From Rhabdothermincola salaria (GTDB lineage: Bacteria; Actinomycetota; Acidimicrobiia; Acidimicrobiales; Acidimicrobilacustridaceae), in the NCBI RefSeq assembly GCF_021246445.1, contig NZ_JAJQXW010000002.1, positions 682,001 to 746,000 of the forward strand: a stretch of DNA of 64,000 nt, read 5' to 3'. Position 1 is the first letter of the stretch. Each line of letters starts with the position of its first letter. Both the position numbers and the translations under genes were made by a program. This document shows positions 9,145-20,295 of the stretch, one piece after another. The notes under the pieces are model-generated. The model had not been told where the DNA came from. It did not search any database and saw only the letters and a program-made list of their open reading frames with translations.

Positions 9145-10059
9145 ATGGCCGCCGGTCTGCTCCAGCCCGATCCCTCCCTCGACGCGCTGCTCGGGCGTTG
9201 CCGGTTCCCGCCGCCGGGCGCCGAGCTGTGCTGCGGGGTGTCGGGGGGAGCCGACTCGCTCGCCCTGCTGGCCCTGGCCGTGCGGGCGGGCTGCGTGGTG
9301 ACCGCGGTGCATGTCGACCACGGGCTGCGGTCCGGATCGGACACGGAGGCGGACGTGGTGGCCGACGCCGCCCGCCGCCTCGGGGCGGGCTTCCGCGCCG
9401 AGCGAGTGGAGGTGGCGCCGGGGTCCAACCTCGAGGCCCGGGCCCGGGCGGCCCGCCACGCCGTGCTGGGATCGCGCGCCGCGCTCGGCCACACCGCGGA
9501 CGACCAGGCCGAGACGGTGCTGGTGAACCTCCTGCGGGGCGCCGCCCTCGACGGGTTGGCCGGGATGCGACCCGGGCCCCGTCACCCGATCCTGGCCCTG
9601 CGTCGGGCGGACACCCATGCGCTGTGCGCCGCGCTCGGCCTCGACCCGGTGCACGACCCCAGCAACACCGACCCCGCGTTCGTGCGCAACCGGGTGCGCC
9701 ACGAGCTGTTGCCCCTCATGGCCGACATCGGCGGGCGCGATCCGGTGCCGCTGCTGGCCCGCCAGGCCGACGTGTTGCGCACGGTCGCCGATCACCTGGG
9801 CGACGAGGCCGCCGGCGTCGATCCCACCGATGCCGTCGCCCTGCGTCGGGCTCCGGTGCCCGTGGCCGTCGAGGCCCTGCGCCGTTGGTTGCGCACGACC
9901 AGCGCGGAGGGGCACCCGCCCGACGCCGCCACCGTGGAGCGGGTGATGGCCGTGGCTCGCGGCGAGAACCGGGCGACCGACGTCGGAGGCGGATGGCGGG
10001 TCGCTCGCACGCAGCGACGGCTGCGCCTCGACGCGCCGGAGGGCCACGGCGGCGTCTGA
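9145..10059 (+). CDS. tilS: tRNA(Ile)-lysidine synthetase
   Basis: SGGADS PP-loop, HVDHGLR, EARARAAR, GHTADDQAETVL, DPSN..RNRVR. Confidence 0.95.
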   Translation: MAAGLLQPDPSLDALLGRCRFPPPGAELCCGVSGGADSLALLALAVRAGCVVTAVHVDHGLRSGSDTEADVVADAARRLGAGFRAERVEVAPGSNLEARARAARHAVLGSRAALGHTADDQAETVLVNLLRGAALDGLAGMRPGPRHPILALRRADTHALCAALGLDPVHDPSNTDPAFVRNRVRHELLPLMADIGGRDPVPLLARQADVLRTVADHLGDEAAGVDPTDAVALRRAPVPVAVEALRRWLRTTSAEGHPPDAATVERVMAVARGENRATDVGGGWRVARTQRRLRLDAPEGHGGV

Positions 10060-10116
10060 CGCCTGCCTTCGGCCTTCGGCCTTCGGCGCGGCCGGGGTGC
10101 GCTACGTTCGCCGTTC

Positions 10117-10686
10117 GTGCCTGATGCTCCCGACTCCCCCGGTGTCGATCGCCATGCCACCGACCCCGACCTCGGTGAGGTGGTGGTCTCCGAGGACGAG
10201 CTCGTCCGGCGCCTGGCCGAGCTCGGCGCCGAGATCAGCACCGACTACGAGGGCCGCCGGCCCCTGCTGGTGGGGGTGCTCAAGGGCGCAGTGATGTTCA
10301 TGGCCGACCTGGCCCGCCACATCGAGCTGCCCGTGGAGATGGACTTCATGGCCGTCTCGTCCTACGGGAGCGCCACCAAGACCAGCGGCGTGGTGCGCAT
10401 CGTCAAGGACCTCGACATCGACCTCTCCGGTCGCGATGTCCTCGTCGTCGAGGACATCGTCGACAGCGGTCTCACCCTCAACTACCTGTTGAAGAACCTG
10501 GCCTCGAGGAACCCGGCCACCCTCGAGGTGTGCACCCTGATCGTGAAGGACGGCCAGCAGAAGGTCGAGCCCGACCTGCGTTACGTCGGCTTCCGCCTCC
10601 CCAACACCTTCTTGGTCGGCTACGGCCTCGACATCGACGAGCGCTATCGCGAGCTGCGCGACGTGCGGACCTACGTCGGGCCCTGA
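10117..10686 (+). CDS. hpt: Hypoxanthine phosphoribosyltransferase
   Basis: GVLKGAVMFMADL, VSSYG, VLVVEDIVDSGLTL, FLVGYGLD. Confidence 0.96.
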   Translation: MPDAPDSPGVDRHATDPDLGEVVVSEDELVRRLAELGAEISTDYEGRRPLLVGVLKGAVMFMADLARHIELPVEMDFMAVSSYGSATKTSGVVRIVKDLDIDLSGRDVLVVEDIVDSGLTLNYLLKNLASRNPATLEVCTLIVKDGQQKVEPDLRYVGFRLPNTFLVGYGLDIDERYRELRDVRTYVGP

Positions 10687-10752
10687 CCCCGAGGCCGGAT
10701 CGGCCGCCCGAGAGTTGTCCCGGGACATGGGGTCGGTAGCCTCGCGGTCACC

Positions 10753-12714
10753 GTGAAGCTGCCACGTCCGTCCCAGATCTCCCCCACCACTCGCAAGTGG
10801 CTGTTGGTGGTGGTGGCCGTCGCCCTGGTGGTGGTGGCGGTGCTGGTGGTGCGGGCCCGCAGCGGTACGGACCGCACCGAGCTCGACCTCAGCGAGTTCG
10901 AGCGGCGCATCGCGGCCGGCGAGGTGGCCACTGCCGAGGTCATGGACCGCGACAACGCGGTCAAGGGCGAGCTCGAGGACGGCACCGAGTACGAGGTCAG
11001 CTACCCCCGCGAGTACGGCGAGGCGATCACCACCGCCCTGGTCGACGGCGACGTGGAGATCGAGACCAACAACCAGTCCGAGTCGATCTGGACCCAGCTG
11101 CTGTTCCAGCTGCTGCCGGTGGTGCTGTTGGTGGGGGCCTTCCTGTGGCTCATCAGCAACATGCAAGGCGGTGGCCGTCTCGGCTCGTTCAGCCGCACCA
11201 AGGCCAAGACGTCCGGCAAGGAGACGCCCGAGGTCACCTTCGCCGACGTGGCCGGCTGTGCCGAGGCCATCGAGGAGCTGGCCGAGATCCGCGACTTCCT
11301 CGCCGAGCCCGAACGCTTCCAGGCCCTCGGCGCCAAGATCCCCAAGGGGGTGCTGCTCTTCGGGCCCCCGGGCACGGGCAAGACGCTCCTGGCCCGCGCC
11401 GTGGCCGGCGAGGCAGGTGCCCCGTTCTTCTCCATCTCCGGCTCCGACTTCGTCGAGATGTTCGTGGGCGTCGGCGCCAGCCGGGTGCGCGACCTCTTCG
11501 AGCAGGCCAAGAACGATGCCCCGGCCATCATCTTCGTCGACGAGATCGATGCTGTCGGCCGTCACCGAGGGGCCGGGCTCGGCGGTGGCCACGACGAGCG
11601 CGAGCAGACGCTCAACCAGCTCCTCGTCGAGATGGACGGCTTCGACGCCACCTCGGGCGTCATCCTCATCGCCGCCACCAACCGTCCCGACATCCTCGAT
11701 CCCGCCCTGCTGCGCCCGGGCCGGTTCGACCGTCAGATCGTGGTCGACCAGCCCGACCTCGACGGGCGCCGGGCCATCCTCGAGGTCCATGCCCGCGGCA
11801 AGCCCCTCGGCGACGACGTCGATCTCGGCGTCCTGGCTCGGCGCACGCCCGGCTTCACCGGTGCCGACCTGGCCAACATGTTGAACGAGGCCGCGCTCCT
11901 CGCCGCCCGGCGCCGCCACGAGGGCGTCTCCATGAAGGAGTGCGAGGAGGCCATCGACCGCCTCCTCGCCGGCCCCGAACGCAAGAGCCGGGTGATGTCC
12001 GACCGCGAGAAGCGCGTCATCGCCTACCACGAGGCGGGTCACGCCCTGGTGGGCCACGTGTTGCCCAACACCGACCCCATCCACAAGATCTCGATCATCG
12101 CCCGGGGTCGGGCCCTGGGCTGGACCCTCGCCCTGCCCACCGAGGACCGGGTGCTGCACACCCGGGCCGAGCTGGTCGACTCCATGGCGATGCTGCTCGG
12201 CGGGCGCACCGCCGAGGAGATGATCTTCGGTGATCCCACCACCGGTGCCGCCGACGACATCGAACGGGCCACCCGCATCGCCCGGGCCATGGTCACGCAG
12301 TTCGGCATGAGCGACGCCATCGGTCCCCAGCAGCTCGGGCACCGCCACGGCGAGCCCTTCCTCGGTCGCGAAGTGCAGGGCGAGCCCGACTACAGCGACG
12401 ACGTCGCCGCCACCATCGACGCCGAGGTGGCCCGTCTGGTGGGCACGGCCCGCACCGAGGCGCGCGAGATCCTCACGCTGCACCGTCGCACCCTCGACCG
12501 GCTGGCCGACGCGCTCGTCGAGCACGAGACGCTCGGCGACCCCGAGCTGGCCGACGTGCTCGCCGGGGCGCAGGCCATCGACCCCGACGAGCCGCCCGCC
12601 GACGAACGGTCCCGGTCCCGCCCCGGGAATGAACAGGGCACACGCGGTGCTTCAACTCCGCAGGTGAGCCGGTACCAGGCCGGCTCCCCACCTCCTCGGG
12701 AGCCGAACCCATGA
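10753..12714 (+). CDS. ftsH: ATP-dependent zinc metalloprotease FtsH
   Basis: Two TM segments, [20 protein letters not shown] region, AYHEAGH. Confidence 0.97.
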   Translation: MKLPRPSQISPTTRKWLLVVVAVALVVVAVLVVRARSGTDRTELDLSEFERRIAAGEVATAEVMDRDNAVKGELEDGTEYEVSYPREYGEAITTALVDGDVEIETNNQSESIWTQLLFQLLPVVLLVGAFLWLISNMQGGGRLGSFSRTKAKTSGKETPEVTFADVAGCAEAIEELAEIRDFLAEPERFQALGAKIPKGVLLFGPPGTGKTLLARAVAGEAGAPFFSISGSDFVEMFVGVGASRVRDLFEQAKNDAPAIIFVDEIDAVGRHRGAGLGGGHDEREQTLNQLLVEMDGFDATSGVILIAATNRPDILDPALLRPGRFDRQIVVDQPDLDGRRAILEVHARGKPLGDDVDLGVLARRTPGFTGADLANMLNEAALLAARRRHEGVSMKECEEAIDRLLAGPERKSRVMSDREKRVIAYHEAGHALVGHVLPNTDPIHKISIIARGRALGWTLALPTEDRVLHTRAELVDSMAMLLGGRTAEEMIFGDPTTGAADDIERATRIARAMVTQFGMSDAIGPQQLGHRHGEPFLGREVQGEPDYSDDVAATIDAEVARLVGTARTEAREILTLHRRTLDRLADALVEHETLGDPELADVLAGAQAIDPDEPPADERSRSRPGNEQGTRGASTPQVSRYQAGSPPPREPNP

Positions 12715-13415
12715 CCGATCAGCTGCTGAGCGGGCCGGAGGCCTTGTCCGAGGATCTAGCGTCGTCCGGCGTGCCCCCCTTCGACGAACCCGAGCTGGTC
12801 CGGCCGTCTCGACCGGTCCCCGACCGCCCGCCCCATGAGACACTGCCCCCCGTGGACCTCCCCCGCATCGAGGCAGCTGTCCGCGAGATCCTCCTCGCCA
12901 TCGGCGAGGACCCCGACCGCGACGGCCTCCAGAACACGCCGGGTCGCGTCGCTCGCATGTACAGCGAGGTCTTCGCCGGCCTCCGCGAAGAGCCGGACTC
13001 GCACCTCAAGGTGGTGTTCGAGGCCGAGCACGACGAGATGGTGATGGTCCGCGACATCGCCCTCACCTCGATGTGCGAGCACCACCTGGTGCCCTTCATC
13101 GGCAAGGCCCACGTGGCCTACATCCCCAATGAGGACGGGCGGGTCACCGGTCTGTCCAAGCTGGCTCGTCTGGTCGACGCCTACGCCAAGCGACCGCAGG
13201 TGCAGGAGCGACTCACCGCCCAGATCGCCGACGAGATCGAGCGCACCCTGCAACCGCGGGGCGTGCTGGTCGTGGTCGAGGCCGAGCACCTGTGCATGTC
13301 GATGCGCGGCGTGAAGAAGCCGGGTTCGTCCACCGTGACCTCGGCGGTCCGGGGGTTGTTCCGCGACAGCACGGCCACCCGCTTCGAGGCCATGCGCTAC
13401 ATCGAACGCAGCTGA
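12711..13415 (+). CDS. folE: GTP cyclohydrolase I (start may be further downstream)
   Basis: [48 protein letters not shown]. Confidence 0.96.
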   Translation: MTDQLLSGPEALSEDLASSGVPPFDEPELVRPSRPVPDRPPHETLPPVDLPRIEAAVREILLAIGEDPDRDGLQNTPGRVARMYSEVFAGLREEPDSHLKVVFEAEHDEMVMVRDIALTSMCEHHLVPFIGKAHVAYIPNEDGRVTGLSKLARLVDAYAKRPQVQERLTAQIADEIERTLQPRGVLVVVEAEHLCMSMRGVKKPGSSTVTSAVRGLFRDSTATRFEAMRYIERS

Positions 13416-13424
13416 CCGCTCGCC

Positions 13425-14204
13425 GTGATCCCCCAGGTGATGGGCATCGTCAACGTCACGCCCGACTCCTTCAGCGACGGCGGCCTCTTCCTCGATGCCC
13501 AGGCGGCCGTGGCCCACGGTCGGGCGCTGTTGGCCGAAGGGGCATCGGTGATCGACGTCGGCGGCGAGAGCACCCGCCCGGGGGCGTCTCCGGTCGACGC
13601 CGCCGAGGAGCTGCGCCGGGTCCTGCCGGTCGTCGAGGCCCTCAGCGAGCACGGACGGGTCAGCATCGACACCCGCAAGCCCGAGGTGGCCCGGGCGGCG
13701 GTGGCCGCCGGTGCCACCCTGGTCAACGACGTGTCTGCCTCGCTGTGGCCTGTCGCGGCCGACTGCGGTGTGGGTTGGGTGGCCATGCACATGCTCGGCG
13801 AGCCCGGCACCATGCAACAGGAGCCCCTCTACGACGACGTCGTCGGTGAGGTGTGCGCCTTCCTCGAGGCACAGGCTCGCCAGGCGGCGAAGGCCGGCAT
13901 CGACGAGGTCTGGGTCGATCCCGGGTTCGGCTTCGGCAAGACCGCCGAGCACAACCTCACCTTGATGGCCCACCTCGACGACGTCGTGGCCCTCGGCTGG
14001 CCGGTGCTCGTGGGCACCAGCCGCAAGGCCACCATCGGGCGGCTGTTGGCCGCCTCCGACGGGGTCGACGAGATCGTCCCGCCGGACGATCGGCTGGCCG
14101 GATCGCTGGCCACCGAGGTGTGGTGCATGCATCGTGGCGCGCGCATGGTCCGAGCCCACGACGTGAGCGCCGCCGTCCAGGCGGCCCGAGTCGTGGCAGC
14201 ATGA
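13425..14204 (+). CDS. folP: Dihydropteroate synthase
   Basis: MGIVNVTPDSFSDGG, DVGGESTRPG, DPGFGFGK, GTSRK, RAHDV. Confidence 0.96.
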   Translation: MIPQVMGIVNVTPDSFSDGGLFLDAQAAVAHGRALLAEGASVIDVGGESTRPGASPVDAAEELRRVLPVVEALSEHGRVSIDTRKPEVARAAVAAGATLVNDVSASLWPVAADCGVGWVAMHMLGEPGTMQQEPLYDDVVGEVCAFLEAQARQAAKAGIDEVWVDPGFGFGKTAEHNLTLMAHLDDVVALGWPVLVGTSRKATIGRLLAASDGVDEIVPPDDRLAGSLATEVWCMHRGARMVRAHDVSAAVQAARVVAA

Positions 14205-14208
14205 CCGG

Positions 14209-14721
14209 GTGGCCAGCAAGGGCAAATGGGCCCAGGGCATCCGCCCTCGTAACTTCCACTGGGTGATCGCCGACCGTCTCGCCATCTGCGAGCGGCCCGG
14301 CGGCTACGGCGCGAACCATCGCAAGGTGCGCCGCCAGGAAGAGATCATCTGGGTCCGTGAGCAGGGGTTCACCGTCGTGATCTCCACCATCGGCGCCCCC
14401 CACAACCTGCACAACTACGACGAGCTCGGCGTCGTGTGGCGGCATCGGCCCTACGACGACGAGGACCTGGCGGGCTACGAGCGCCGGCTCTTCACCGAGG
14501 TCCAGGGCCTGCTCGCGGCCGGGGCCAAGGTGCTCGTCCACGGCGACGAGCTGGGCGACAAGGTCTGCGGGCTGATCGCCGGGTACCTGCTGTGGACGGG
14601 GCTGCTCGACACCGCGCCCGCCACCGTCACCGTCGTCGAGCGCCTCACCAGCCGCCAGCTCGGGCCCGTCGGTCGTGAGCTGGTCGCGGTGGCCGGTACG
14701 CTGCCCGCTCCCCCCGGGTGA
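14209..14721 (+). CDS. Hypothetical protein resembling a dual-specificity/PTP phosphatase fold but lacking the CX5R motif
   Basis: NFHWVIADRLA..RP, QGFTVVIS, KVLVHGDELGDK..GLIAGYL; operonic between folP and folB. Confidence 0.7.
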   Translation: MASKGKWAQGIRPRNFHWVIADRLAICERPGGYGANHRKVRRQEEIIWVREQGFTVVISTIGAPHNLHNYDELGVVWRHRPYDDEDLAGYERRLFTEVQGLLAAGAKVLVHGDELGDKVCGLIAGYLLWTGLLDTAPATVTVVERLTSRQLGPVGRELVAVAGTLPAPPG

Positions 14722-14749
14722 CGACACGCGCACCTCTGCGAAGGACATG

Positions 14750-15115
14750 ATGGCCCCCACTGATCGCATCGAGCTGCGCGGCCTCGTGGCCAGCGGCATC
14801 TGCGGCGCCCTTCCCGAGGAGAAGCAGCGCCGCCAGCCCCTCGAGGTCGACCTCGACGTGGTGGCCGACCTGGCCGCCGCCGGAGCGTCCGACGAGTTGG
14901 ACGACACCCTCGACTACGGGGCCCTGGCCGCCGCCGTCGAGTCGGTGATCACCGGCGAGGAGTTCACTCTCCTCGAACGCCTGGCCCAGCGCCTGGCCGA
15001 GGTCGTGCTCGCCGATCTGCGGGCCCTCGAGGTCACGGTCAGCGTGCGCAAGCAACGCCCCCCGGTCCCCCAGGTGATGGCCACCTCCGGTGTGCGCATC
15101 ACACGGGGTCGATAG
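14750..15115 (+). CDS. folB: Dihydroneopterin aldolase
   Basis: DRIELRGL, G..EEK..QPLEVD, SDELDDTLDY, LLERLA, VRK..PP; alternative ATG at 14747. Confidence 0.92.
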   Translation: MAPTDRIELRGLVASGICGALPEEKQRRQPLEVDLDVVADLAAAGASDELDDTLDYGALAAAVESVITGEEFTLLERLAQRLAEVVLADLRALEVTVSVRKQRPPVPQVMATSGVRITRGR

Positions 15116-15583
15116 ATGGCACGCGCCTTCCTCGGCCTCGGGTCGAACCTCGGAGAGCAGTGGGCCCTGCTGCGAGAGGCGGTGGGGTCGCTGACCGGCG
15201 TGGTGGCCGTCTCGCCGGTGTACCGCACGGAGCCGATGGGCGGCCCGGGCGGACAGCAGCCCTACCTGAACCTGGTGGTCGAGCTCGACACCGCGCTCAG
15301 CCCCCGAGAGCTCCTCGGCGTCTGTCACCGGCTGGAGTCCGCCGCCGATCGGGTGCGGGTCGAGCGGTGGGGCCCGCGCACCCTCGACGTCGACATCCTC
15401 TGGATCGAAGGCGTCGAGATCGACGAGCCGGACCTGCAGATCCCGCACCCCCGGATGCGTCGCCGTCGTTTCGTCATGGCCCCGTTGGCCGACATCGCTC
15501 CCGACGTCGCCGGCGCGGACTGGACCGACCGGGCCGAGGGTCGCGTGGAGCTGGTCGGCGGCCTCGACACCGCCCCCGCCTGA
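15116..15583 (+). CDS. folK: 2-amino-4-hydroxy-6-hydroxymethyldihydropteridine diphosphokinase
   Basis: AFLGLGSNLG, YRTEP, YLNLVV, RWGPRTLDVDIL, IPHP. Confidence 0.96.
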   Translation: MARAFLGLGSNLGEQWALLREAVGSLTGVVAVSPVYRTEPMGGPGGQQPYLNLVVELDTALSPRELLGVCHRLESAADRVRVERWGPRTLDVDILWIEGVEIDEPDLQIPHPRMRRRRFVMAPLADIAPDVAGADWTDRAEGRVELVGGLDTAPA

Positions 15584-15590
15584 GGCGACG

Positions 15591-16340
15591 GTGCCGTCGC
15601 TGCGCGTCATCGGCCCGGGCCGAGCGGGTGGTGCGCTCGAGGTGGCGCTGGGGGCGGCGGGCTGGCAGGTCCTGCCGGCCCGGCGACGGGGGGACGACGT
15701 GACGACGGCCGCGAGCGGCGTCGACCTGCTGGTGGTGGCCACCCCCGATGCCCTGATCGACGAGGTCGCCGCCGCGGTGGCGCCCGAGCCGGAGACCGTG
15801 GTCGTCCACCTGGCCGGATCGCGAGGCCTCGACGTGCTGGGCGCGCACCCCCGGCGGGGCGCGCTGCACCCCCTCGTCGCCCTGCCCGACGCCGCGCTCG
15901 GAGCGCGACGCCTGGCGGCCGGGGCCTGGTTCGCGGTCGCCGGAGACCCGCCGGGCGCGCTCGCCCTGGTCGAGCGGGCGGCGGCCGACCTCGGCGGCAG
16001 ATCGTTCCGGGTGGACGACGACGCCCGGGCCGCCTACCACGCCGCCGCCGCCATCGCCTCCAACCATCTGGTCGCGCTGCTCGGACAGGTCGAACGGGTC
16101 GGCGCCGGTGCCGGGGTGCCCCTCGCGGCCTATCTCGACCTCGTGCGGGCCACCGTCGACAACGTGGCCGAGTTGGGTCCGGCGGGCGCGCTCACCGGCC
16201 CGGCCGCTCGAGGCGACTGGGCCACCATCGAGCGCCACCGGGCCGCCCTCGCCCCCGACGAGCTCGAGGCCTACGACGCCATGGTGCGTGCCGTGCGTCG
16301 GTTGGTCGACGCCCGTGACGACGACGCGTCCCGCCCGTGA
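15591..16340 (+). CDS. Rossmann-like + DUF2520 protein (PanG-type ketopantoate reductase candidate)
   Basis: IGPGRAG, HLAGS, LHP, YHAAAAIASNH, ALTGPAARGD; directly upstream of panC. Confidence 0.85.
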   Translation: MPSLRVIGPGRAGGALEVALGAAGWQVLPARRRGDDVTTAASGVDLLVVATPDALIDEVAAAVAPEPETVVVHLAGSRGLDVLGAHPRRGALHPLVALPDAALGARRLAAGAWFAVAGDPPGALALVERAAADLGGRSFRVDDDARAAYHAAAAIASNHLVALLGQVERVGAGAGVPLAAYLDLVRATVDNVAELGPAGALTGPAARGDWATIERHRAALAPDELEAYDAMVRAVRRLVDARDDDASRP

Positions 16341-16389
16341 CCGCTCGCACCAACTGGACCGTCGGTCGTCGTCGGGGGAGAGTGGCCCG

Positions 16390-17244
16390 ATGCAGCTGGT
16401 GAGCACCAAGGACGAGTTGCGGCACCATCTCGATGCCGTGCGGATGGCCGGCCGCAGCGTCGGGTTCGTCCCCACCATGGGAGCGCTCCACGAGGGGCAC
16501 CTGTCGCTCGTCGGGGCCGCGACGGCCGACTGCGACGTCGTCGTGCTCAGCATCTTCGTGAACCCGTTGCAGTTCGGGGCCGACGAGGACCTCGAGTCCT
16601 ATCCGCGGCCGCGCCAGCGCGACCTGGAGCTGGCCGAGACGGCCGGGGTCGACGTGGTCTTCACGCCGTCCCCTCAGGAGATGTACCCGGGGTCCGTCTT
16701 CACCGCCGTGCACGTCGCCGCCCTCACCTCCACCATGGAAGGGGCGGCCCGGCCCACCCACTTCGACGGCGTCTGCACCGTGGTCACCAAGCTGTTCAAC
16801 CTGGTCGGGCCCTGCCACGCCTACTTCGGCGAGAAGGACTACCAGCAGCTGGCGGTGGTGGGCCGCATGGTGGCCGACCTCGACCAACCGGTGACGGTGG
16901 TCGGGTGCCCCATCGTGCGCGAGCCGGACGGCTTGGCCCTGTCGAGCCGCAACGTCCACCTGTCGGGGGAGCAGCGCGAGGCGGCCGGCGTGCTGCACCG
17001 GGCGCTGCGGGCCGGAGCCACCATGATCGCGGTCGGCGAGCACGACGGGGAGGCGGTGGCCGCCCACATGGCCGAGATCATCGGCGACGAGCCCCTCGCC
17101 CGGCTCGACTACGCCACGGTGGTCGACGCGGCCACGCTCGAGCCGCTGCGGGCCCTGGCGCGAGACGCCGAGATCCGGTTGTTGGTGGCGGCCGCTTTCG
17201 GATCGACGCGCCTGCTCGATAACGTGGGTGTGACCGTCCCCTGA
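16390..17244 (+). CDS. panC: Pantoate--beta-alanine ligase
   Basis: [47 protein letters not shown]. Confidence 0.97.
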   Translation: MQLVSTKDELRHHLDAVRMAGRSVGFVPTMGALHEGHLSLVGAATADCDVVVLSIFVNPLQFGADEDLESYPRPRQRDLELAETAGVDVVFTPSPQEMYPGSVFTAVHVAALTSTMEGAARPTHFDGVCTVVTKLFNLVGPCHAYFGEKDYQQLAVVGRMVADLDQPVTVVGCPIVREPDGLALSSRNVHLSGEQREAAGVLHRALRAGATMIAVGEHDGEAVAAHMAEIIGDEPLARLDYATVVDAATLEPLRALARDAEIRLLVAAAFGSTRLLDNVGVTVP

Positions 17245-17308
17245 CGGCCGTGTTTCTCCTCCCCCCGTACGGCGACCGCAACCGGCGTCGAGACCTCCAG
17301 GAGCTCCA

Positions 17309-17701
17309 GTGAACCGCCGCATGATGAAGTCCAAGATCCACCGGGCGCGCGTGACCGACGCCAACCTGCACTACGTCGGGTCGATCACCCTCGACACCCG
17401 CCTCATGGAGCTGGCCGACATCAAGGAGTGGGAACAGGTCCACGTCGTCGACATCGACAACGGCGCCCGCTTCGAGACCTACGCCATCCCCGGCGGTTCC
17501 GGCGACGTGTGCCTCAACGGTGCCGCCGCCCGCCTCGTGCAGCCGGGCGACCGCATCATCGTGATCACCTACGCCGACTACGCCGACGCCGAGCTCGACG
17601 CCTATGAGCCCCGTGTCGTGCACGTCGACTCGTCGAACCGTCCGGTCGACGAGGACGCGGCCGTGGAGCTCGCCGCCCTCGAGGTCGGTGTGCGGGCCTG
17701 A
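17309..17701 (+). CDS. panD: Aspartate 1-decarboxylase
   Basis: [18 protein letters not shown] cleavage site, [23 protein letters not shown]. Confidence 0.97.
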   Translation: MNRRMMKSKIHRARVTDANLHYVGSITLDTRLMELADIKEWEQVHVVDIDNGARFETYAIPGGSGDVCLNGAAARLVQPGDRIIVITYADYADAELDAYEPRVVHVDSSNRPVDEDAAVELAALEVGVRA

Positions 17702-17756
17702 CGGCCCGCTCCACACCCATGCACCGGTCGACACCCCGGCCGGGGGCGTGCTCCCG

Positions 17757-19406
17757 GTGAGCGACGACGGCGACGAGACGCTCCGCGAGGTCGATCTGCT
17801 CGTCGTCGGCTCTGGCGTGGCCGGCCTGTCGGCCGCCGTGCGGGCAGCCGACATCCACGGGCTCCGGGTGGGTGTGCTCACCAAGGGCGAGCTCGAGCAG
17901 TCGACCACCCGCTGGGCCCAGGGCGGCGTGGCCGCCGTGCTGGCCGAGGACCCCGACTCCACCGACCTGCACCTCGCCGACACCCTCTCCGCCGGCGCCG
18001 GCCTGTGCGAGGTCGAGGCGGTGCGGGTGCTCGTCGACGAAGGCCCCGGACGGGTGCAGGACCTCATCGCCCTGGGCGCCATGTTCGACCGCGACGCCCA
18101 CGGGGAGCTGCAGCTGGCCCGCGAGGGCGGGCACACCCTGCCCCGCATCGTGCACGCCGGTGGAGCCGCCACCGGCGCCGAGATCGAGCGGGCGCTGGTG
18201 GAGGCCGTGCAGCGCACGGCCGCCGCGGTGCACGAGCACGCCTTCGCCCTCGACCTGTTGATCGACGGCGGCCGCGCGGCCGGGGTGCGGGCGGTCACCG
18301 CCGACGGCCGCACGGTCGACGTGAGGGCCCGCCACGTGCTGTTGGCCACCGGGGGAGCCGGTCAGGTCTTCTCGGTGACCACCAACCCCCTCGAGGCCAC
18401 GGGCGACGGCGTCGCCATGGCCCTGCGCGCCGGCGTCGCAGTGGCCGACGTGGAGTTCGTGCAGTTCCACCCCACCGCCCTGCACCACCCGCGCATGCCC
18501 CGACCGCTGCTGAGCGAAGCCCTGCGGGGTCACGGGGCCCTGCTGCGCGACACGACCGGCGCGCGGTTCGTCGACGAGCTGCTGCCTCGCGACGAGGTGT
18601 CGCGGGCGATGACCCGGCGCATGCTCGACCTCGGCGTCGACCACTGCTGGCTCGACGCCACCGGCCTCGAGGACTTCGCCGCCCGGTTCCCCACGATCAT
18701 GACGTCGTTGGCCGAGGCCGGCCTCGACCCCACCGTCGACTGGCTCCCCATCGCCCCGGCGGCGCACTACCTGTGCGGGGGCATCGTCACCGATCTCGAC
18801 GGTGCGTCGAGCCTCCCCGGCCTGTGGTCGGCGGGCGAAGCGGCCTGCTCGGGGGTGCACGGCGCCAACCGGCTCGCGTCCAACTCGTTGTTGGAGGGGA
18901 TGGTGTTCGGCGCCCGGGTCGTCGAGGCGGTCGAACGGGGGGTCGACGGGCCCCGGGCGACGGGCGCCATGCGGGGTGTGCTCGAGACGACCGGTCCCGA
19001 CGCCATCGGGGCCAGCGTCCTGCGGGACTGGACCCCACCCGGTCGCCTCCCCCGGGTGGCGTCCGGCGACGCCCCGTCGCCCGCCGAGGTGGCCGCGGCC
19101 CGCGATCGCCTGCAGCGGGCGATGACCACGGGCGCCGGGGTGCTGCGCTCCGCCGATTCCCTGGCCGACACCGACCTGGTCGTGGCCGAGGTCACCGCCG
19201 TGGCGGCGAGGGGCGCCGACCCGTCGACCTGGGAGCTGGCCAACCTGGCCGTCAACGCCGCCGCCCTGCTCGACGCGGCCGAGGCCCGCCTCGAGAGCCG
19301 GGGTGCCCACACCCGCAGCGACCACCCCGCCGCCGACCCCGCCTTCCGGCGGCGGCTGGTGCTCGGCGGGGGATTACCCGCCGGGCCGTCCGGCGAGGCA
19401 GGCTGA
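17757..19406 (+). CDS. nadB: L-aspartate oxidase (start approximate)
   Basis: VVGSGVAGL, WAQGGVAA, REGGH, QFHPT, LSEALRG, AHYLCGG, GVHGANRLASNSLLE, ESRGAH. Confidence 0.95.
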   Translation: MSDDGDETLREVDLLVVGSGVAGLSAAVRAADIHGLRVGVLTKGELEQSTTRWAQGGVAAVLAEDPDSTDLHLADTLSAGAGLCEVEAVRVLVDEGPGRVQDLIALGAMFDRDAHGELQLAREGGHTLPRIVHAGGAATGAEIERALVEAVQRTAAAVHEHAFALDLLIDGGRAAGVRAVTADGRTVDVRARHVLLATGGAGQVFSVTTNPLEATGDGVAMALRAGVAVADVEFVQFHPTALHHPRMPRPLLSEALRGHGALLRDTTGARFVDELLPRDEVSRAMTRRMLDLGVDHCWLDATGLEDFAARFPTIMTSLAEAGLDPTVDWLPIAPAAHYLCGGIVTDLDGASSLPGLWSAGEAACSGVHGANRLASNSLLEGMVFGARVVEAVERGVDGPRATGAMRGVLETTGPDAIGASVLRDWTPPGRLPRVASGDAPSPAEVAAARDRLQRAMTTGAGVLRSADSLADTDLVVAEVTAVAARGADPSTWELANLAVNAAALLDAAEARLESRGAHTRSDHPAADPAFRRRLVLGGGLPAGPSGEAG

Positions 19407-19410
19407 GCAG

Positions 19411-20274
19411 ATGACCAGGGCCGTGCAGCCACCCCGCGGGGCCGTCGTCGACGCCGTGGCTCGCGCCCTGGCCGAGGACCTCACCCCCCTGGGCGACCTC
19501 ACCTCGGCGTTGCTGCCCGAGGACCTCGTCGCCGAGGCGGCCTTCGTGGCCCGCCAACCCGGCGTCGTGGCCGGCCGGGCCTGCGCCGACGAGACCTTCG
19601 CCGCCGTCGACGACCAGGTGGCGCTCAGCTGGCAGGTCGACGACGGCGACGCGGTCGAGCCCGGCGCGGTGCTGGCCACGGTGACCGGCCCACTGGCGCC
19701 GATCCTCACCGCCGAGCGCACCGCCCTCAACTTCCTGGGCCACCTGTCCGGCATCGCCACCCGCACCCGGGCCTTCGTCGATGCCGCCGCGGCCGGAGGG
19801 GGCCACGCCCGCATCTGGGACACCCGCAAGACCACACCCGGCCTGCGCAGCCTCGAGAAGGCCGCCGTGCGCGCCGGAGGCGGGGCCAACCACCGCGGGA
19901 ACCTGTCGGACTGGATCCTGTTGAAGGACAACCACATCGCCCTGTTCGGCATCGTCGAGGCCGTCGGCCGGGCCCGGGCCATGTGGCCGGCGCGCACCGT
20001 GCACGTCGAGTGCGATCGCCTCGACCAGGTGCGCGAGGCCCTCGGCGCCGGGGCCGACGCGCTGCTCCTCGACAACATGACCCCCGACGAGGTGCGCGCC
20101 TGCGTGGCCGAAGCGGCCGGCGCCCCCCGGCGGCCCCTGCTCGAGGTCTCCGGCGGGGTCACCCTCGACACCGTCGCTTCCTACGCCGCGACCGGCGTCG
20201 ACTGCATCTCCGTGGGCGGGCTCACCAACGCCGCGCCGGTGCTCGACATCGGCCTCGACCTCGACCCCGCCTGA
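19411..20274 (+). CDS. nadC: Nicotinate-nucleotide diphosphorylase (carboxylating)
   Basis: ALAED..GDLTS, AERTALN, DTRKTTPG, NHR, LLKDNH, LLDNM, EVSGG. Confidence 0.96.
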   Translation: MTRAVQPPRGAVVDAVARALAEDLTPLGDLTSALLPEDLVAEAAFVARQPGVVAGRACADETFAAVDDQVALSWQVDDGDAVEPGAVLATVTGPLAPILTAERTALNFLGHLSGIATRTRAFVDAAAAGGGHARIWDTRKTTPGLRSLEKAAVRAGGGANHRGNLSDWILLKDNHIALFGIVEAVGRARAMWPARTVHVECDRLDQVREALGAGADALLLDNMTPDEVRACVAEAAGAPRRPLLEVSGGVTLDTVASYAATGVDCISVGGLTNAAPVLDIGLDLDPA

Positions 20275-20295
20275 CCCGTCGCCGAAAGGACGCCC

